Positions 27,055-40,779 of a DNA stretch of 64,000 nucleotides are shown here, one piece after another. Source of the stretch: Epiperipatus broadwayi (lineage: Eukaryota; Animalia; Onychophora). The stretch covers positions 7,874,001 to 7,938,000 of the forward strand of contig JAQFVV010000009.1 in assembly GCA_028023455.1 (NCBI GenBank), read 5' to 3'. The notes under the pieces are model-generated. The model saw nothing but the letters and a program-made list of their open reading frames with translations, ran no database searches and was not told the DNA's origin. Every line of letters starts with the position of its first letter. Positions within the stretch are counted from its first letter, which is position 1. A program made the translations under genes and the position numbers.

Positions 27055-27788
27055 TTTTATATTTAATAAAAAATTTAAATAAGTTTGGAATGCATTTTAT
27101 CAAATTATTTTAACTATAAAATAAAAAAGTAGAAGATATAACACAGATTCCTGCTTATGGGAAACTGAAACTTCTATCATCATAATTGAAGACAATATAT
27201 TATTGCAATCATGTTTTGCTTTTAAAGTCAATATATCAATACTGATCAAATTAAAACTGATTAACCTGTGATTTTTATCTTCTTATTAAAAATATTTTAA
27301 TAACAATTGACAAATCAGTATTTAGTGTTTAGATTGAAAATAAGCAAATTGTCTAAAAATTGTAATTCTGCTTATAAATTTAAAAATTTTCAAAAAATTG
27401 CTCAAACTCCGTTCTTTCATAATAAAAACAAACATGGCATTCATTTATATTTTTGTTAGAAAATGTCTCATCACTGATTACCATAGATCTAACAAAAGCA
27501 TTTAATTTTAAAATCTTCAGGGTTATTTTTAATCATGTATATTTCTGTTGCATAAAATAATTAATTCTAATAGTTTTTACTTTTTATTCTCTTTCTCTCT
27601 CTCTCTGTTTTTTTTGCATATATTATGATCTGTAATGAGTTAGGCAGCAAATATTATTTTCTAATGTAATATTCTAAATGATATTTAATTCTCTATTTTT
27701 TATTTATTGTAATTATTATAAACTCATTATAAGTGAGTACCAAGAAAAGATAATAGTTAATATTCAAAACTTTTATATTGCGCTAAGC

Positions 27789-28371
27789 ATGCCTTTGACA
27801 GACCACTGCAAGAAACATAGTGCTGTTTTGTTTAGCAGTTGAAAATTATGCCTATATATGGATGTAATTTATTATGTACATGAGGCATTTAAATAGTCCA
27901 TTTTTTCGACAATGGAATGCATGAATCTTTTCTGTTGATTGCATTTAAATGCTCCTCAAGTAGTTTACACAATTATGTACAATGCCCCTTTTTGTAATAA
28001 AATGTGTTATGGAGAATCATGGATGAGTAGATCTACAAGGATCACCCAGCACACATGCTTATAAAACAGGGCAAAACAAAATAATTAATATAATTTGATC
28101 TTGATAGATCATGGCCCCTATGGGTCATACATTCGGTCCTACTAATGTGAGAATGGTTTGTGCCAAAAGAGAGAGAAAACGATAATACAAAGAGACATGT
28201 GATTGCAAAGAATTCAAATGCAATCAACAGAAAAGATTCATAGATTACATTGTCAAAAAAAATGGAATATTTAAATGCCTCTTTACATAATAAATTATAC
28301 CCACATATGCATAATTTTCGACTGCTAAACAAAATAGTTCTATGATTCTGGCACTGGTCTGCCGAAAGCAT
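27789..28371. mobile_element. MITE-like element with about 160-bp diverged terminal inverted repeats
   Basis: 27789-27950 aligns with the reverse complement of 28212-28371 (blocks TTTTGTTTAGCAGT.GAAAATTATGC, GAGGCATTTAAATA, ATGAATCTTTTCTGTTGATTGCATTT); no TSD resolved. Confidence 0.8.
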
Positions 28372-31300
28372 AATTTTCTTAATACTTTATTATAATGAGT
28401 TTATAATAATCTAATATTTATGTACAAAAAATAAAAATAAATGGTTAAATGTTTAACCTCTTAGAAAATCATGTGATGTTTGAGCACTAGTATTGAATTT
28501 TGAACCAAGACAATATTTAATATAATGACAGGAATAAAAGGATTCTCATCAATATTTTAAACTTAGAAAGGTCTAGTTCTTTAAGTTTACAAAAGTGGAA
28601 AATGTCAAAACAAAATCTCCACACATTTATATAATGTTAAACAAAATGACATTGTTAACTTGTCAAAAATTTTCAATTTAAATTTGTTGAAAGTGTCAAA
28701 AATATAGGAGAAGCTACTATTTTTTTGGATTGTGGTTTTTCAATTTAAATTAATGATAAAATAACTTTACATTTATTATCACAGAAATTTGGAAAAAAAC
28801 TGATATATAAGCTTTTTTATTTGTCCAAATGGTGGCAATATGTGTACTAGATAGATAAAATAAAGTTGGAAAAAGTATGATACGAATAGTAACTATATTA
28901 TTGCATTACGTATTAAACATGTGCCAACAGTAAATGATTGTAAAACATCTTTTAAAGTTTGCTTTCGAAAGATAACGATTTTATCAAAAAAATTAGATAT
29001 AATAGTAAATTTAAAATAAAGTGTCAAATTTGTCATATCACTTTCACTAATTTCGTATAAAATAATTTATAGTTAATATTTACGTGTGTGTATATATTAT
29101 CCATAATTGTTAGACGTCTAATTTATATATTTACCATAATATTATAACATTTTAAATAATTAATATCACTATTTTATCACTTCCCTCTTTCACTTTATTT
29201 GAAAGTTTTTGTTGTTCTTTGATATGTTTATTTTGTTCCAGTTGAATTACCTGTCAACTAGATTAATAACATTTTCTTTATTTTAAAAGCAATTTTTATT
29301 AAATTGTGTTAATCAATAGTTTTATTTACTACTTGTCAGTTTTTAATTGATTGGTGAAAATATTACATTTATAAGACACAAAAATCGGAAACCCTCGACA
29401 TCGAGCAGTTTATTAACTAGTCGGTTTTGCCATCTCCTTTATGTTTTCTATGGAGAAGGAGAGGCCTTTACCAGTGATATTTTATTATATATATATATAT
29501 GTACGCTTATTAATCTTTGAAGTATTATATATATATTTAATAATTATATTTTATGTATTTAGATTCATCAGTATCATCATCAGTAATCATGGATTTCGTG
29601 CCCATCCATAGACATATGTCATTTTCTTAGATATATTGACACTTCCTTCACTATAAATGCATCATCCTTTCATCATAATAGATGTGAAATACAATTTTTT
29701 TCAGTTTTGTCTATTCCTTGTAAAAATATTGAGAAAAGACAAATTTGATATCTCTATTTTAATGTTAGCTGTTCACATTCTATGAGGTTTGGAATACCTT
29801 GTTTAATATAAAAATAGGTTTTCTGTTTCCAATCACTATTCATTTGTCATGTGGTCAAAAAGTGTAATTTCCTATAATTTTGTATAATTCATTTATTTGC
29901 AGAATTTTTTATTGGAAACTTTCTATAGCAGGTTAAATGACATATTTGTTCAAAAACAACTTGATGGCTAATAATCTTTAGTAGAGATATGATAACAAGC
30001 AATAACAATTTTTTGTTAATCAATAATTTTGCCTTTGGAAGGCTGTCAAATATCAAACTGTTTGCAACATTTTAAATTCTAAAATAAAAAAATAAAAAGA
30101 AGTGAATAAATGTTTATTATATTTCTTATTTGAGAAAAAAAAATTGACATTTTTTTTATTCTCTTAAACATTTTGATTGATTTTCTTTCTTTAATTAGAA
30201 AAAAGCATTTGGATGATTTTTTTTCCTTCTCAGGTTGTTTGGGATTTATAAGAGCAGCTCTCAGTTGGAAATAATAGGCCAACAACTCTAAACCCTGATC
30301 CTGGTAGCAAATCTTTTTGAAACATGCCAAAAATTACACCACACATATTTTAAAGAGTTGATGATGTGATCCTGTTGAAGAAGTCAACAAAATCATTCTT
30401 ACAATTTTTGATTTGAAGTTATAAATTGTTTGGATTTTAAAAACTAATCTTCATCCAATTTATATGATAAAGTGAAAATAAATCTAGTTTAAAAAAAAAA
30501 TGCAAGTGCAGAACAATTAGACAAGATTAAGCAGTGTCTAATGGATAGAAAGATCTAGAAATAATCCTAGAAAAAATATCTAAAAAAAAATTTTGACACA
30601 AAAATAAATAAGGTAAAATATAAGTAGCAAGATAATTATCAACTACTGAATTTTTGACGTTAATATAATATATGATCTACCTGACTTATTATAATCAGTA
30701 TTTACCAGTATATGAAATAAAAACTAATCAATATCAAATAAAATTAAGTAAGTCACATATTTTGCAATAATAGTAATTTATTTAACAAAAAGTATGAATA
30801 AATTTAACAAATAAATATGCCAATAATAATGTATGCAGAAATATAAATTCATATGAAATGACAATATTTATTATTGAATTTACCGATAAATAAAATGAAA
30901 AAATGTTCTTGTTATTAAATAAAATAAAGCAAAAGATAGTCCATACATAAAATATAAAATAAAATATGAATTAAATAAAACAAAAGTAGTTCACTGATAT
31001 TGGTATTCCAAGAAAAAGTAATTCCTTACCAAATAAAGACAGGGGTGAGCCAAAAGGCAATTTATTTGAAGAATATTGAAAAACATATGTAGCAAATACA
31101 TGCAGGCCAAAGTGTATATTTTTTAAATTGCAGTTACCCATAAGTGTGATGTTTCACTATTTTTGAATTATACCAGTGGAAAGTGATATAATATTGAAAA
31201 TTGTGATGTTAATATGTCAGGTATAAACTTTGTCAAGAGTCATAATTCACCATTTTTTTTATAAAGGCACTATTAAAATGTTGATCAAGAAATAGTAATC

Positions 31301-31787
31301 ATCAATACTTTTTTATTGCATTCTTGAATGACATTAAAAACACTTTCCATACACAAATTCATTGTTAAACTTCCAATTTCAATTTTTTGTTGTTGTTGCT
31401 GAAATATACTTGGAATTTCATGCTTTTATTTTGTAGGCTTCTTGCATAAATGGTTCTATTTTTAAAAGGTTAATTTCTTATGGATTTTCTTTTAGAATTA
31501 CATCTGCATTTGATTTTTGTAAGGAATTGCTTTCATTTAAAACTTAAAACTATGGATGATCTTTGTTTTGCTTTTATTTAATACACATTTTGTACATGGG
31601 TTACATTTTGTTTTCTTTAATACACATTTTTATTACAAAATATATTTTCTTCATTTTATTTATATATATTGGTATCCATAAACTCAGTAACAAATGCTGA
31701 CATTCTTATTGATTGGAATTTCTACATATGTTTGTTACCAATATATTTATTTATAAAATAATTGATCTTATTTTGTTTAATAAATTT

Positions 31788-31938
<151 letters not shown>

Positions 31939-31989
31939 TAAAAGGAACTTCATTGGACTAAAAAGTATTTACATATATTTCAGATCACA

Positions 31990-34790
31990 CATTTGTTTGC
32001 ATTTGTAATTGATTGGTTTGCACAAGCACAATGTTTTGTATATGTACATAGTATGTATTAGGGATGAGGTAGCAGTTTTGAAAAGGCCAAATATTTATGA
32101 TGATCAAGTTAAGTATTATAATTCTGAAGATTTTTGCTTTGATTGATGTGTGAGATATGTGAGACTTAGGATAGTGTTTGTTGCCCATATGCATTGGTGA
32201 AAAGGAGGGGTTACAATTTTGAAAATGGTTGACAGATTATATAAATCTCATTGTTTGGTTCATAAAGTTCACAAGTCTTCTGTTATAGTCCTACCATCTG
32301 CAATTAATCAGGAATAAGGTTCACAATCAGAGATTATTTCCAAAATGAATTACATATGTGTGCAGTGAACAAGTTTATTTGTTTTCAATAAATATGCTAT
32401 ATAGTTCACTATTTTGATATTTCAATTTGCAGTTCATGATATTCAAATATTACTTGTTTGAATCTCTGTTTTGCTATAATGATTGTGTGGGGTAGAGTCT
32501 TTAATTTTTGAAAGTAGCTGGGATTTAGTTCTTGTTTCAGCATCTAATATGAATAGCAGGCTGGTCTGAGGTGATTTTATCTCAGTTGTTTCTCTTTTTT
32601 TCCCACAGAGTGATGATGATTAGGTCTTTATTTATCTGGTCATAAGGCTGCTTGTTGTTTGAGTAGTGACCAAGTAGCAGTATGTATATCTAGATGAGCT
32701 ATTTTGCTATCTCTGATTTTTAACTGTGTTAGCTTATTGAGAAAAGTAGAGGGGTGCATCATGTGCACCAGAATGCATAAACAATGAATGTGGCTGCCAA
32801 TACTGTAAGAATTGAGTTTCCATGATATGCGATAATATGTTGTATTAAGATGATAGCCCATCAATATGTGTTACACATTATCCTTTATGTCCCTGCAGGT
32901 GTTGGACATTCATAGTTTAGATGTTGTTGTATTTTTTCGACACAATGACATAGCCCACAAAAGGGACAGTAGTAATGTACAGTTGCCAATAATGGAGAAA
33001 GTTAATTGTTGACAGGATATGGAGGTTAATTTTAAATTATGAAGTTAAACAATTTAGGCTCCAGTGACCATTTGTTGAAATTTGTGAATTACTTTTTATT
33101 GTTGATTCCCAGCATTGGAAAAGAGTTGTTGTTGGTTGTTCTTGATGCATGAGTGTACAAATCTACCAATATGTATATTTGCTATCTGGGTGGCTGTTGT
33201 TTTCTGCTGGTAGGTGATTGGTGACAGGTATGACTGTTGTCAGGGAGGTCTATCAGTTGATATGATTTGAATCAGGCATTATAATTGTCTGTTTTAGCTA
33301 TTAAGTTTGTGATATTTTGGATTTGGAAAAATGCTTATGTCAAAGTCTGTTGTTTGTGACTGGTTGGCTGAGATATCTAGTTGATATGGTAGTGGACTTT
33401 CTGTGCCATATGAGCTTATTGCAAATGGATTTCAATTTGGCTTTGAATGCCTTAAAAAGGTATAATAGATAGATAGTATATAATTTTAGTGTTGATGAGT
33501 TGATTAAATAGCTGTTCTTTTAAGTATATTGCAAGATATGCCTTTGATAGTGACTTGATGATCTGCTCAGCTCATCTTAGCCTTTGAGAGTGACTTGGTG
33601 ATCTGCTCCACTCATCTTTAAGTTTGTTCTTATAAAGTATCTTATTGTTAAAGCCCTTAAGTGAAATGGAAAGTGAAGAAAAGCATTTGGTTTGGCTTAG
33701 TATGTGTATGCACACACTTTACCTGTAAAGAGTGATCAGGCAGCAGTTTTATTTGCATTAAATTTCAGCTTGTGTGTGGTTGTGAAGTCTTGTACTACAA
33801 CTTTTTGTAAACTGGGTAGGGTATTTTTGGAAAGTAGAAACACAGACTAATCATCCATGTATGTAAAGCATGTGTTGCATTGTGATATTGGGATGCCTAT
33901 TAATGTTTTTTGGATTTTTTGTAAAAGAGGATTGATGTACATTGTGAATAAGAGTGAGCTGAGTAGGGATATTTGTGATATGGACTGTTTAGATACAAAT
34001 GACTGAGAGTGCTTGCTGTTGAGTGTGATATGAATTTCACAGCTCAGTAGCAAATTTGAAAGTAAATATAGCTGAGTTTTAGGAATTGTGGTACAGGCTA
34101 ACATGTCTATAAGTACATGGAGATTGATATTGTTAAGTTCCCTCAATGTCAAGCTGGACTTCTATTGGGATGCTAAGATGTATCTCTTCTTTATTTGAAT
34201 TGCGTTCAGGTCTGTTTTGATGATTAGTACTGCTTGCATGGTTGATGAGTTTTTTTTTTGCAAATTGCATATTGAAGATCAGTGAAAGTATATGTGATTC
34301 TATTTTATCCTCCATGATTTTCTGAATGATTTTAACTGGTTGTGGTTTAACAGATATGAGCTGGAGATTGGTAAAAGAAGAGATGGCTGCTGTTTTTTGA
34401 TGAATGGTTTGCAATGGGATAAATGCCTTCTGTAGGTTGAAGGTTCTGTGACAATTGATAGGCTAGATCACAGAGATATTTAGTTGTAATATGACTAAAA
34501 TGTACTAATATGAATTGAGAAATGCCATAGTTTTCAGGATGGCATATATTTGAGATGGTAGCTAGTTTTATGGTGAACTTAGTGGTATTGAATGTGGTTG
34601 TTGTTTTTAGTGTGCCAAAGAAGTCAGCAGGAATTTTTGTTGGCTGATTTGCTTGCAGTTTTTGTTTAAAGTATGAATAGATAGGCATTATCATGCTATG
34701 GTCTGCATATGTGGTCTTGCCAGCTTGGATAATCATTGGAACTCTGATGGTATGTTAGTGTCCTAGTTGCCCATTCTATGTAGTCTCTTA
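31990..34790 (-). mobile_element. Decayed LINE RT (I/R1-like), possible RNase H remnant
   Basis: QLDIEGT*..NINL (motif A with frameshift), QISLLSSLLFTMYINPLL, CFTYMDD, KLKFNANKT; weak GHKG*..ID RNase H-like remnant near 32890. Confidence 0.8.
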
Positions 34791-34891
34791 TCCAGACATG
34801 TTGTTGGGTGAAGCATATCTTGTTTTTTTGATCTTTAGATAATTTTTAAGAGTTTTGCATGTATTGCTGTGTTTGTTTAAGTTTATATATA

Positions 34892-35010
34892 TATAAAACA
34901 TACTTTGTGGGTTCATCCGTGTTAAAAAACTTAAATATTGATATACTGACATTTTGACTTGATCACACAAGTCATTCACGGATGAACACGCAAAATATGT
35001 CTTTTATATA
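34892..35010. repeat. Imperfect inverted repeat (about 30-bp arms, 55-bp spacer)
   Basis: TATAAAACATACTTTGTGGGTTCATCCGTG ... CACGGATGAACACGCAAAATATGTCTTTTATA. Confidence 0.75.
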
Positions 35011-35071
35011 TGCAACCAGTGAAAATCTTCGTATCAACATATATAACTATAATGACGTGAAAATTTTACAA

Positions 35072-35134
35072 ATCTATTTAAATAATAATTGAACTGCCCT
35101 CTAGCTGCCAAGTTCAATTATTATTTAAATAGAT
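35072..35134. repeat. Perfect 24-bp inverted repeat with 15-nt GC-richer loop
   Basis: ATCTATTTAAATAATAATTGAACT-GCCCTCTAGCTGCCA-AGTTCAATTATTATTTAAATAGAT. Confidence 0.9.
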
Positions 35135-35699
35135 GGAATTTATATATTCAAAAAGTTTATTAGTAAATCATCTGAATTATAAACATTTATTCACTTTAAA
35201 AAATCAAAATACCTACTAACAAGGTTTAAGTTTCCATAACCACCTTCAGGGAATTTTGGGCAATAAGTTTGCGATATTTTTGGATTAATGAAGTAAAAAA
35301 AAGTAAACTTAATAATCTTTAAAGTAGTCATATATTTGCATAAAGATATCTAAAGTTTCAAAGAAAGTTTTGTAATTGCTTTTTGATCATTTTTCATAGA
35401 ATATGCTTAGATATTTTATTTGACATTTTCAAACTGATCACATTTATAAGTTCTTATAAACTCTCTATTTTTAATAAACAATATTAAATATCATCTGTTT
35501 TACTATAAAGCTAGGAGCCCAAGATGAAAACATAATAATGTTTCAAACTCAAGCTCATTCGCTTCTATAATCGTGTAGGTCTGAACTCAGTTGCATCTAT
35601 ACATTTTAATATCTTTGGTTTTTCAAAAACTACAGTCATTATTCTCCTATGGGAAGGATAGGTATAAAAGCATCGAAGCATTAAATTTAGTGAAGAAAA

Positions 35700-36660
35700 A
35701 TCATATAAAATGATGGTTAATACTGGGGAAAGAGAAGATGTAGAATTTTTATTGGGAGATATTAAGTTAAGTTTGGTGAATAGATATAGTTATTTGGGAA
35801 TTATTTTAAGTAATCAGAAAAATTATTTGGATGAACGGGAGAAAAAATTGATAAATGAAGCAAAGAAAAGAAAGGGATTGATAAAGAAAATTAACAGTGT
35901 TTTCATATAATAAATATGATGTAACTAGAATTATATGGAAGGGAGTTGCAGTAGCAGGGTTAACATATGGTAATGGTGCATTATGTGTTAGTAAAGGGGT
36001 ATTAAATTATTCAGAAAAAGTTCAAAGAGAAGTAAGAAGACATGCATTGGATGCAGATATATGGACAGCAAGGGAGGCAATTCAAGGAGAAATAAGATGG
36101 TCAAGTTTTCATATGGGAGATGCAAAAAGTAAAATGAAAATGTTTGGTAGATTGCATTTTATGGATAATAAAAAAATAGCTAAAATAGTATTTAATTAGG
36201 TTATGAGTAAAGGGCAGGCAACAAGATGGGTGAGAAAGGTAATGCAGTATGCAAAAGATTCGAATAAAGAGTTTATATCAGTATATTTGTACAAAAGATG
36301 GGATGATTGTGTTAGGAGGATTGTTGAGTGTTATAGTAGTAAGGAATGGGATAAAAGAATAGATTTATTAATAAAGAATAGGGAGTTAGAGAGATGGATA
36401 ACTAGTATGGAGAGTAAAAAAAGTTTAAATATATATAGAAATAAACAGAATATTAGGTACAAATTAATATATGATAATAGTATGGAAAGTAGTTTATTGT
36501 TTAAGGCTCGAATGTGATCTTTAACAACAAGAGAATATACATGTAGATGAAAAAATATGGGTGATTTAGTCTGTAAATTATGTAATGAAGAAATAGAAAA
36601 TATTAGGCATCTGTTAATTGAATGTAAATGCTTGCAAACAGAAAGGGTACATATAATGAA
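35700..36660 (+). mobile_element. 3' part of a non-LTR retrotransposon ORF2 (post-RT region + CCHC knuckle)
   Basis: YSYLGIIL, NKYDVTRIIWKGVAVAGLTYGN, IQGEIRWSSF, LLFKARM, and CKLCNEEIENIRHLLIEC (C-x2-C-x8-H-x4-C) at about 36570-36625; frameshift near 35900 and stops. Confidence 0.85.
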
Positions 36661-36999
36661 GTTATGAAAGAATAAATATGAAAAAAGTGATTATACAGAA
36701 AGTGGATTATTGGTTTTTATGTTGGGTTTGGAAAAAGATAAGGGGATTTAGATATAAAGGTCACAGAGTTGACAAATATTATGTTGTGGAAATGAGATGG
36801 AGCAGAATATGGGAAAACTTAGACTGGGGAATGGAAAATAAAGTGGCTAACAGGTTTCTCTGGGCATAATTGCTAAGAGATTCTTGACTTCATTTAAGGA
36901 GAAGCTACAGTACATCACATCACATCATATTTGTAAAATTTCCACGTCATTATAGTTATTCATTATTAAAATATTATTTATCATTATATATATATATAT

Positions 37000-39860
37000 A
37001 TTGTTGGACATGGTGTAAAGGTTTTTATCATGGTAATTGGTAATTTGCCTATGCGGCTCATTGGCCAACACTAATAATCTATAAAGAGGGGGTGTTTTTC
37101 TCATGATATGGTCAATGTTAAATGAGAGTATGCTAATGAAGATTAAGTATTTTTGTATAAGATTGAGCTGCATGTTTTATTGAGCATAATATTTCTGAAA
37201 ATATAAATTCTGGAGTGGTTGCTAAGAGCAGTATTCTTATTGTTTTACCTAGTTGAAGTGTAGATGTTTCGATTTCCATGAGGTTGATAATTATCATTGG
37301 CACTGAGTGATCCAAGAATGGTGAGGGCATAAGATTCATGGCAATTAGATGATGTAACATAGGCCATTAGAAACAAAGGTCTATCAATGAGGCATATCAG
37401 TCATAGTGGAATGTGACTGCATTGTCTGGCAAAAATCCCCCAGAACTCATAAGAGGAAAAAATATTTGATGCAGTCATTGGGTGATAAATTCTTTGTATT
37501 TCATGTTGGTCTCCAATTCACAAGTAGTGAATTAATGTTAAGTATTATATTTGAAATAAGAAAACAATATATAAGACTAGGATGTAAGGGTAAAATATAA
37601 ACAATATATTAATTGAAATAACTCAATGATCTAAGGTCACTATTAGCAGGTATGAAACTATGAATATTATCTTAGATGATGAGAGTGGGCAGTTTGATGC
37701 AATGAGCAGTCCAGTGACTCCAGAGGGTGATGATGAGTCCTTGGAGCTGTCATACAACCAGCTTCAAAAGTGTGTTGATAGTTTAGTCTGAGAGCCAGAG
37801 TAGGCTTTATTCTCAAGTAAACCAAGTACATGAGGCTGTGTAATCTTGAGCCATTGTTTTAGTTGATGGAGTTCAATTCGCTCACATTAATTGCAGTTAT
37901 TTTTACTTTCATCAAGTTTATATAAGATGGAGGAAGGTGGTATTTTGGTGTGTTATCATGGTGTTTGGGGTGATTCATGGTCATCATCATGACTTGGTTT
38001 AAAGTCCTCAATAGTCTGATGAAGAGTAAGATCCATCTGACTGAAGTCATCTATATAGTTATTGCTTCTGTTATGAGTATTGTTGTTTTTTGATTATCAT
38101 AGGTGTGTGTATGCTGGTTTGGTGTCATAGTCAGTTTATTGATATTGTCACTATTTTTTTGATTCATTATTGTTTTTATTGATCATGGGAGGAGGAGTAT
38201 CATGTGGTTCTTGTATATGTTCTGGAGTCATCTGGGACAGGCTTATAATGTTTGATTATCATTTGTTTTTTTAAATGATAGGTTCAGTGTTTCTATATTT
38301 GTGTTTGAAGTTTTTTTCATGATTTTTGGATTGTTGATGAGGACTGGCTTTGTGAGCTTATCTAGACTGGTACTACTGGGAAGTGAATCTATAGATTCTT
38401 TTTGTGAGTGTTGTATAAATTGGTTATTTGTTGGCTAATCTTGTATAATTTAATTTACAATGCAGTGTATTACTAGGTAGACATGCTGGCTGCAGGAATA
38501 GCATCGTGGTCTTAACCCTTTGTTGTAAGGACAAATCATGGTCTCTTGATCTATGATCTGTGTAGGTATGTTTTCTGGATTTACATTGAAATTTAGTTTT
38601 AGTTTGAACTCAAATTTTTTTTGCTATAAACAAGTGTCAGGGTATCCATTAGGCATATTGGATTAAAAGTTAAATCTTTCCCAAATGCTTCCATTATATG
38701 CTGGAGTATAACTGAAGTATTTGGTTTTTTAATATACATGTAATGTAGCTTTGGGAGCCTTTATCTATCCCCACCAGTACATAGTTATCTAATGTTGTGA
38801 CTTGAGTTTGAAATCAGCTTTTTGATATTTTTCAAAAAATATCACTGCCAGATATCTTGGCTAAGGATAGTCTGCTATTCATAGCACTACATTCTAAAGT
38901 CCATTTTTTGTTAAAGTTTCATAGAGTAATAATCTGGGGAATTTATATAGTGTTAGATTTTTATTTATAGATGATAATACAATATATTGAGGAGAAAAAT
39001 CTTTTGAAAGAATTAAACAGTGTTCTCAGTATGAATTTATTAAAGCTGATACTTACTGTTTGTACAGTTTCTGTACTCCATTGCATAGAAGGGAGGAGGT
39101 CTCAGCTCTTGTTGATTTACAGGTTAAGTTTATTAATGACTTTTTGATAGAATAGTTCTTGCAGTGTTAACAGATACACTTAAGTTATGTTTTGTTTTAG
39201 TCGTTTGGACATAAGACTTGGCAACATTGGCATACATTTTGGTTGAGTTTTAAGATCATCATTTTTTATGGGAATTGCTTTGGTACCAGCGACTTGGTCA
39301 CCTGACTGGATAGCTATCATAATTTTTTTATCAATAAAAAAATAATTGATTCTTTGGTAGATAATTATTTTAAAATGTGAATTGGGTTGTGTTCTGATCT
39401 ATTGTGTCAGCCACTTGATGGCACTATTTCTAGCTAAGTTGCTAGGAATATGCCATTTCCATGGCCACAACCAAGCAGATAGCTTGATTTCTATGATAAA
39501 ACACAGAAAGAGTCAGTTTACTTGGCTGCCAGATACCACTGTGGCTTTTTTCTATGCTAAAAGCACAGAAAAATGCCTTCATTGGCTACCATAGTTGGTT
39601 ATGCACTTTATTGTAATGCTGGTTTATATATTTTTGCTACAGTATTGTGTGATGGTGTGTTGACTGCATTGTGTCTAAATAATTTAACTTTTCAGGTCAA
39701 CCTTTTTTTTGTTTCATTTGATTGACCTACTGGTACCTTCTAACACTTTTAACAGTGTCATCATTGTTCCATCAGAACTGTGTTAGAATTACAAATTGGA
39801 TTTTAGGGTGGAGCACAGCACTATTTCGAAAATCATGATGAAAGTAAGTATCACAAGAAA
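37000..39860 (-). mobile_element. Highly decayed LINE-like RT remnant
   Basis: Minus-strand remnants KIIYQRINYFF..IMIAIQSG (Q.GF-like, ~39350), NGVQ (~39080), IAD (~38875); purine/pyrimidine skew like the neighbouring LINE; motif matches are weak. Confidence 0.4.
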
Positions 39861-39999
39861 TCATCTGAGATAGGAAAGATGGCTGCTTCCAACTCTCATT
39901 TTAATTGCCAATTTCCAGACACCGGAGTCGGATTTCATTATAATAGTTTGTTATAATTATTAATAACTTTTATTTGGTAAATTGCAATCAAATTTAATT

Positions 40000-40560
40000 C
40001 CCCCCACCCCAAAACACAGTGTCTGATTAATTTCTGTCCAAAAAAGATAAAATGTGATTTAATTTTTTCTTAAAAAACTACCATAACTTTTCCATATGTA
40101 AAAACAAAAAAAAAACAAAACAAACAAGCCTGTCTCTGATTAATTAGTGTCCAAATAAGTCTCTGCTATATTTACTATTATTTGTTATTAAAAAAGTAAT
40201 GTAATTTTATATATATACACACAAAAAGAGTGCAATATAATTTAACTTTTACCCCCCTCCTCCAAAAACGTGGTGTCTTATTAATTACTGTTCAAAAAAA
40301 AGGGGGCAAAATGTAATTTAATTTTGTATTTAAAATTACAGTAACTTTTCAGATATGCAAAGTAACAGAAAAAAGAAGCCAGTCTCTGATTAATTACTGT
40401 TCAAATTAATTACTGTCCCAAAAAGGTCAAAGTCGGCTTTCATTAAAAAATTTTGTTGGAATTATTGTCCAAAAAAGTCTCCAATGTACTATTATTTGCT
40501 ATTGGAAAGTAACATACTTTTTATCGACACCCACACATACAACAGTATAAATTACGCCAA
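40000..40560. repeat. Degenerate about 250-bp tandem repeat containing repeated ATTAATTACTGT(C/T)CAAA motifs
   Basis: Motif variants at about 40026, 40140, 40280, 40389, 40405 and 40460; C-rich unit starts at about 40010 and 40252. Confidence 0.65.
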
Positions 40561-40779
40561 GAAGTATATTTTTCATTAACATTTGTATTAAGTATATTTT
40601 TCATTAACATTTGTATTAATTTAGAATCAGAATTGGCAAAAAGGAAAACATTCCAAGAAAAAAAAAAATGCTTAGAATTACATATATTTTATTCGTTTAC
40701 TCAAATATTCATTCAACAAAATTGCACAAAAAGAAACATAAGTACATTTAGCAAATGATGAGATATTTAATTATTTTTT

